DNA of 14,640 nucleotides from a virus (Duplodnaviria; Heunggongvirae; Uroviricota; Caudoviricetes): IMG/VR virus record IMGVR_UViG_2630968342_000015; one strand, 5' to 3'. Shown piece by piece: positions 14,476 to 14,640 of this stretch (position 1 is its first letter; each line of letters starts with the position of its first letter). The notes under the pieces were generated by a model. It saw only the letters and a program-made list of their open reading frames with translations, ran no database searches and was not told where the DNA came from. The position numbers and the translations under genes were made by a program.

Positions 14476-14640
14476 TCAACGTGTTATGTGAAATAAGTTA
14501 TATATAACAGCAATAAATAATGCGAGAATAAACGGCACGATGATCTCGGCGGCAAAACGGATACCGCAGAGAATAATGACCAGCATTCCCAACATAATGA
14601 CGATTTTTAGGCCATTGAGCGTGATGATCGGCTTTGCCAT
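14476..14640 (-). pseudogene. tqsA: 5' fragment of a tqsA-like (AI-2 exporter family) membrane protein gene, apparently truncated by the island
   Basis: Minus-strand translation [46 protein letters not shown] then [13 protein letters not shown]. The first ~46 residues match E. coli TqsA/YdgG as recalled from memory (unverified); divergence begins at about 14502. Confidence 0.45.

Larger units (their letters stand above)
1..14502 (+). mobile_element. Integrated phage satellite, capsid-forming PICI-like (integrase to right junction; left att lies upstream of window)
   Basis: Contiguous int-alpA-repressor-primase-ori-HK97 head/terminase gene set, nearly all on one strand, ending in a noncoding arm that abuts a truncated host-like gene at ~14500. 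No tail or lysis genes. Boundaries are inferred, not demonstrated. Confidence 0.7.

Noticed and set aside
13896-14496. Short ORFs in the right arm (13896..14156 -, 13995..14177 +, 14026..14256 +, 14284..14496 +)
   Set aside because: Mutually overlapping in different frames, no SDs, and best explained as by-products of the palindromic DNA.
13740-14500. A tRNA gene as integration target in the right arm
   Set aside because: No T-loop-like (GGTTCGA-type) or acceptor-stem pattern seen in the noncoding arm; the junction instead abuts a protein-coding fragment.

Overview
This 14.6-kb window is almost entirely one integrated mobile element: a small phage satellite of the capsid-forming, tail-less kind (cf-PICI-like). 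All calls come from reading the translated ORFs and the DNA by eye; no database search or folding program was run. Left to right: a P4-type tyrosine integrase (1-1218), an AlpA-family regulator, a convergent minus-strand pair with an Arc-like ribbon-helix-helix repressor, a plus-strand early operon (Icd-like, two unknowns, primase/SF3-helicase), an iteron origin, orf-ssb-PerC-like genes, a small gene flanked by twin terminators, and a complete HK97-type head and packaging module (major capsid, prohead protease, portal, adaptor, connector, HNH, TerS, TerL). There are no tail, tape-measure, baseplate, lysis or DNA polymerase genes between the integrase and the right junction. The element ends in a ~760-bp palindrome-rich noncoding arm abutting what looks like a truncated host tqsA-like gene at ~14500; the left attachment site lies upstream of the window. 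Most notable cis-elements: a homologous 10-bp-phased TTGTTC repeat array at three loci, an attenuator-like leader whose terminator abuts the capsid start codon, and two strand-specific minus-strand terminators.
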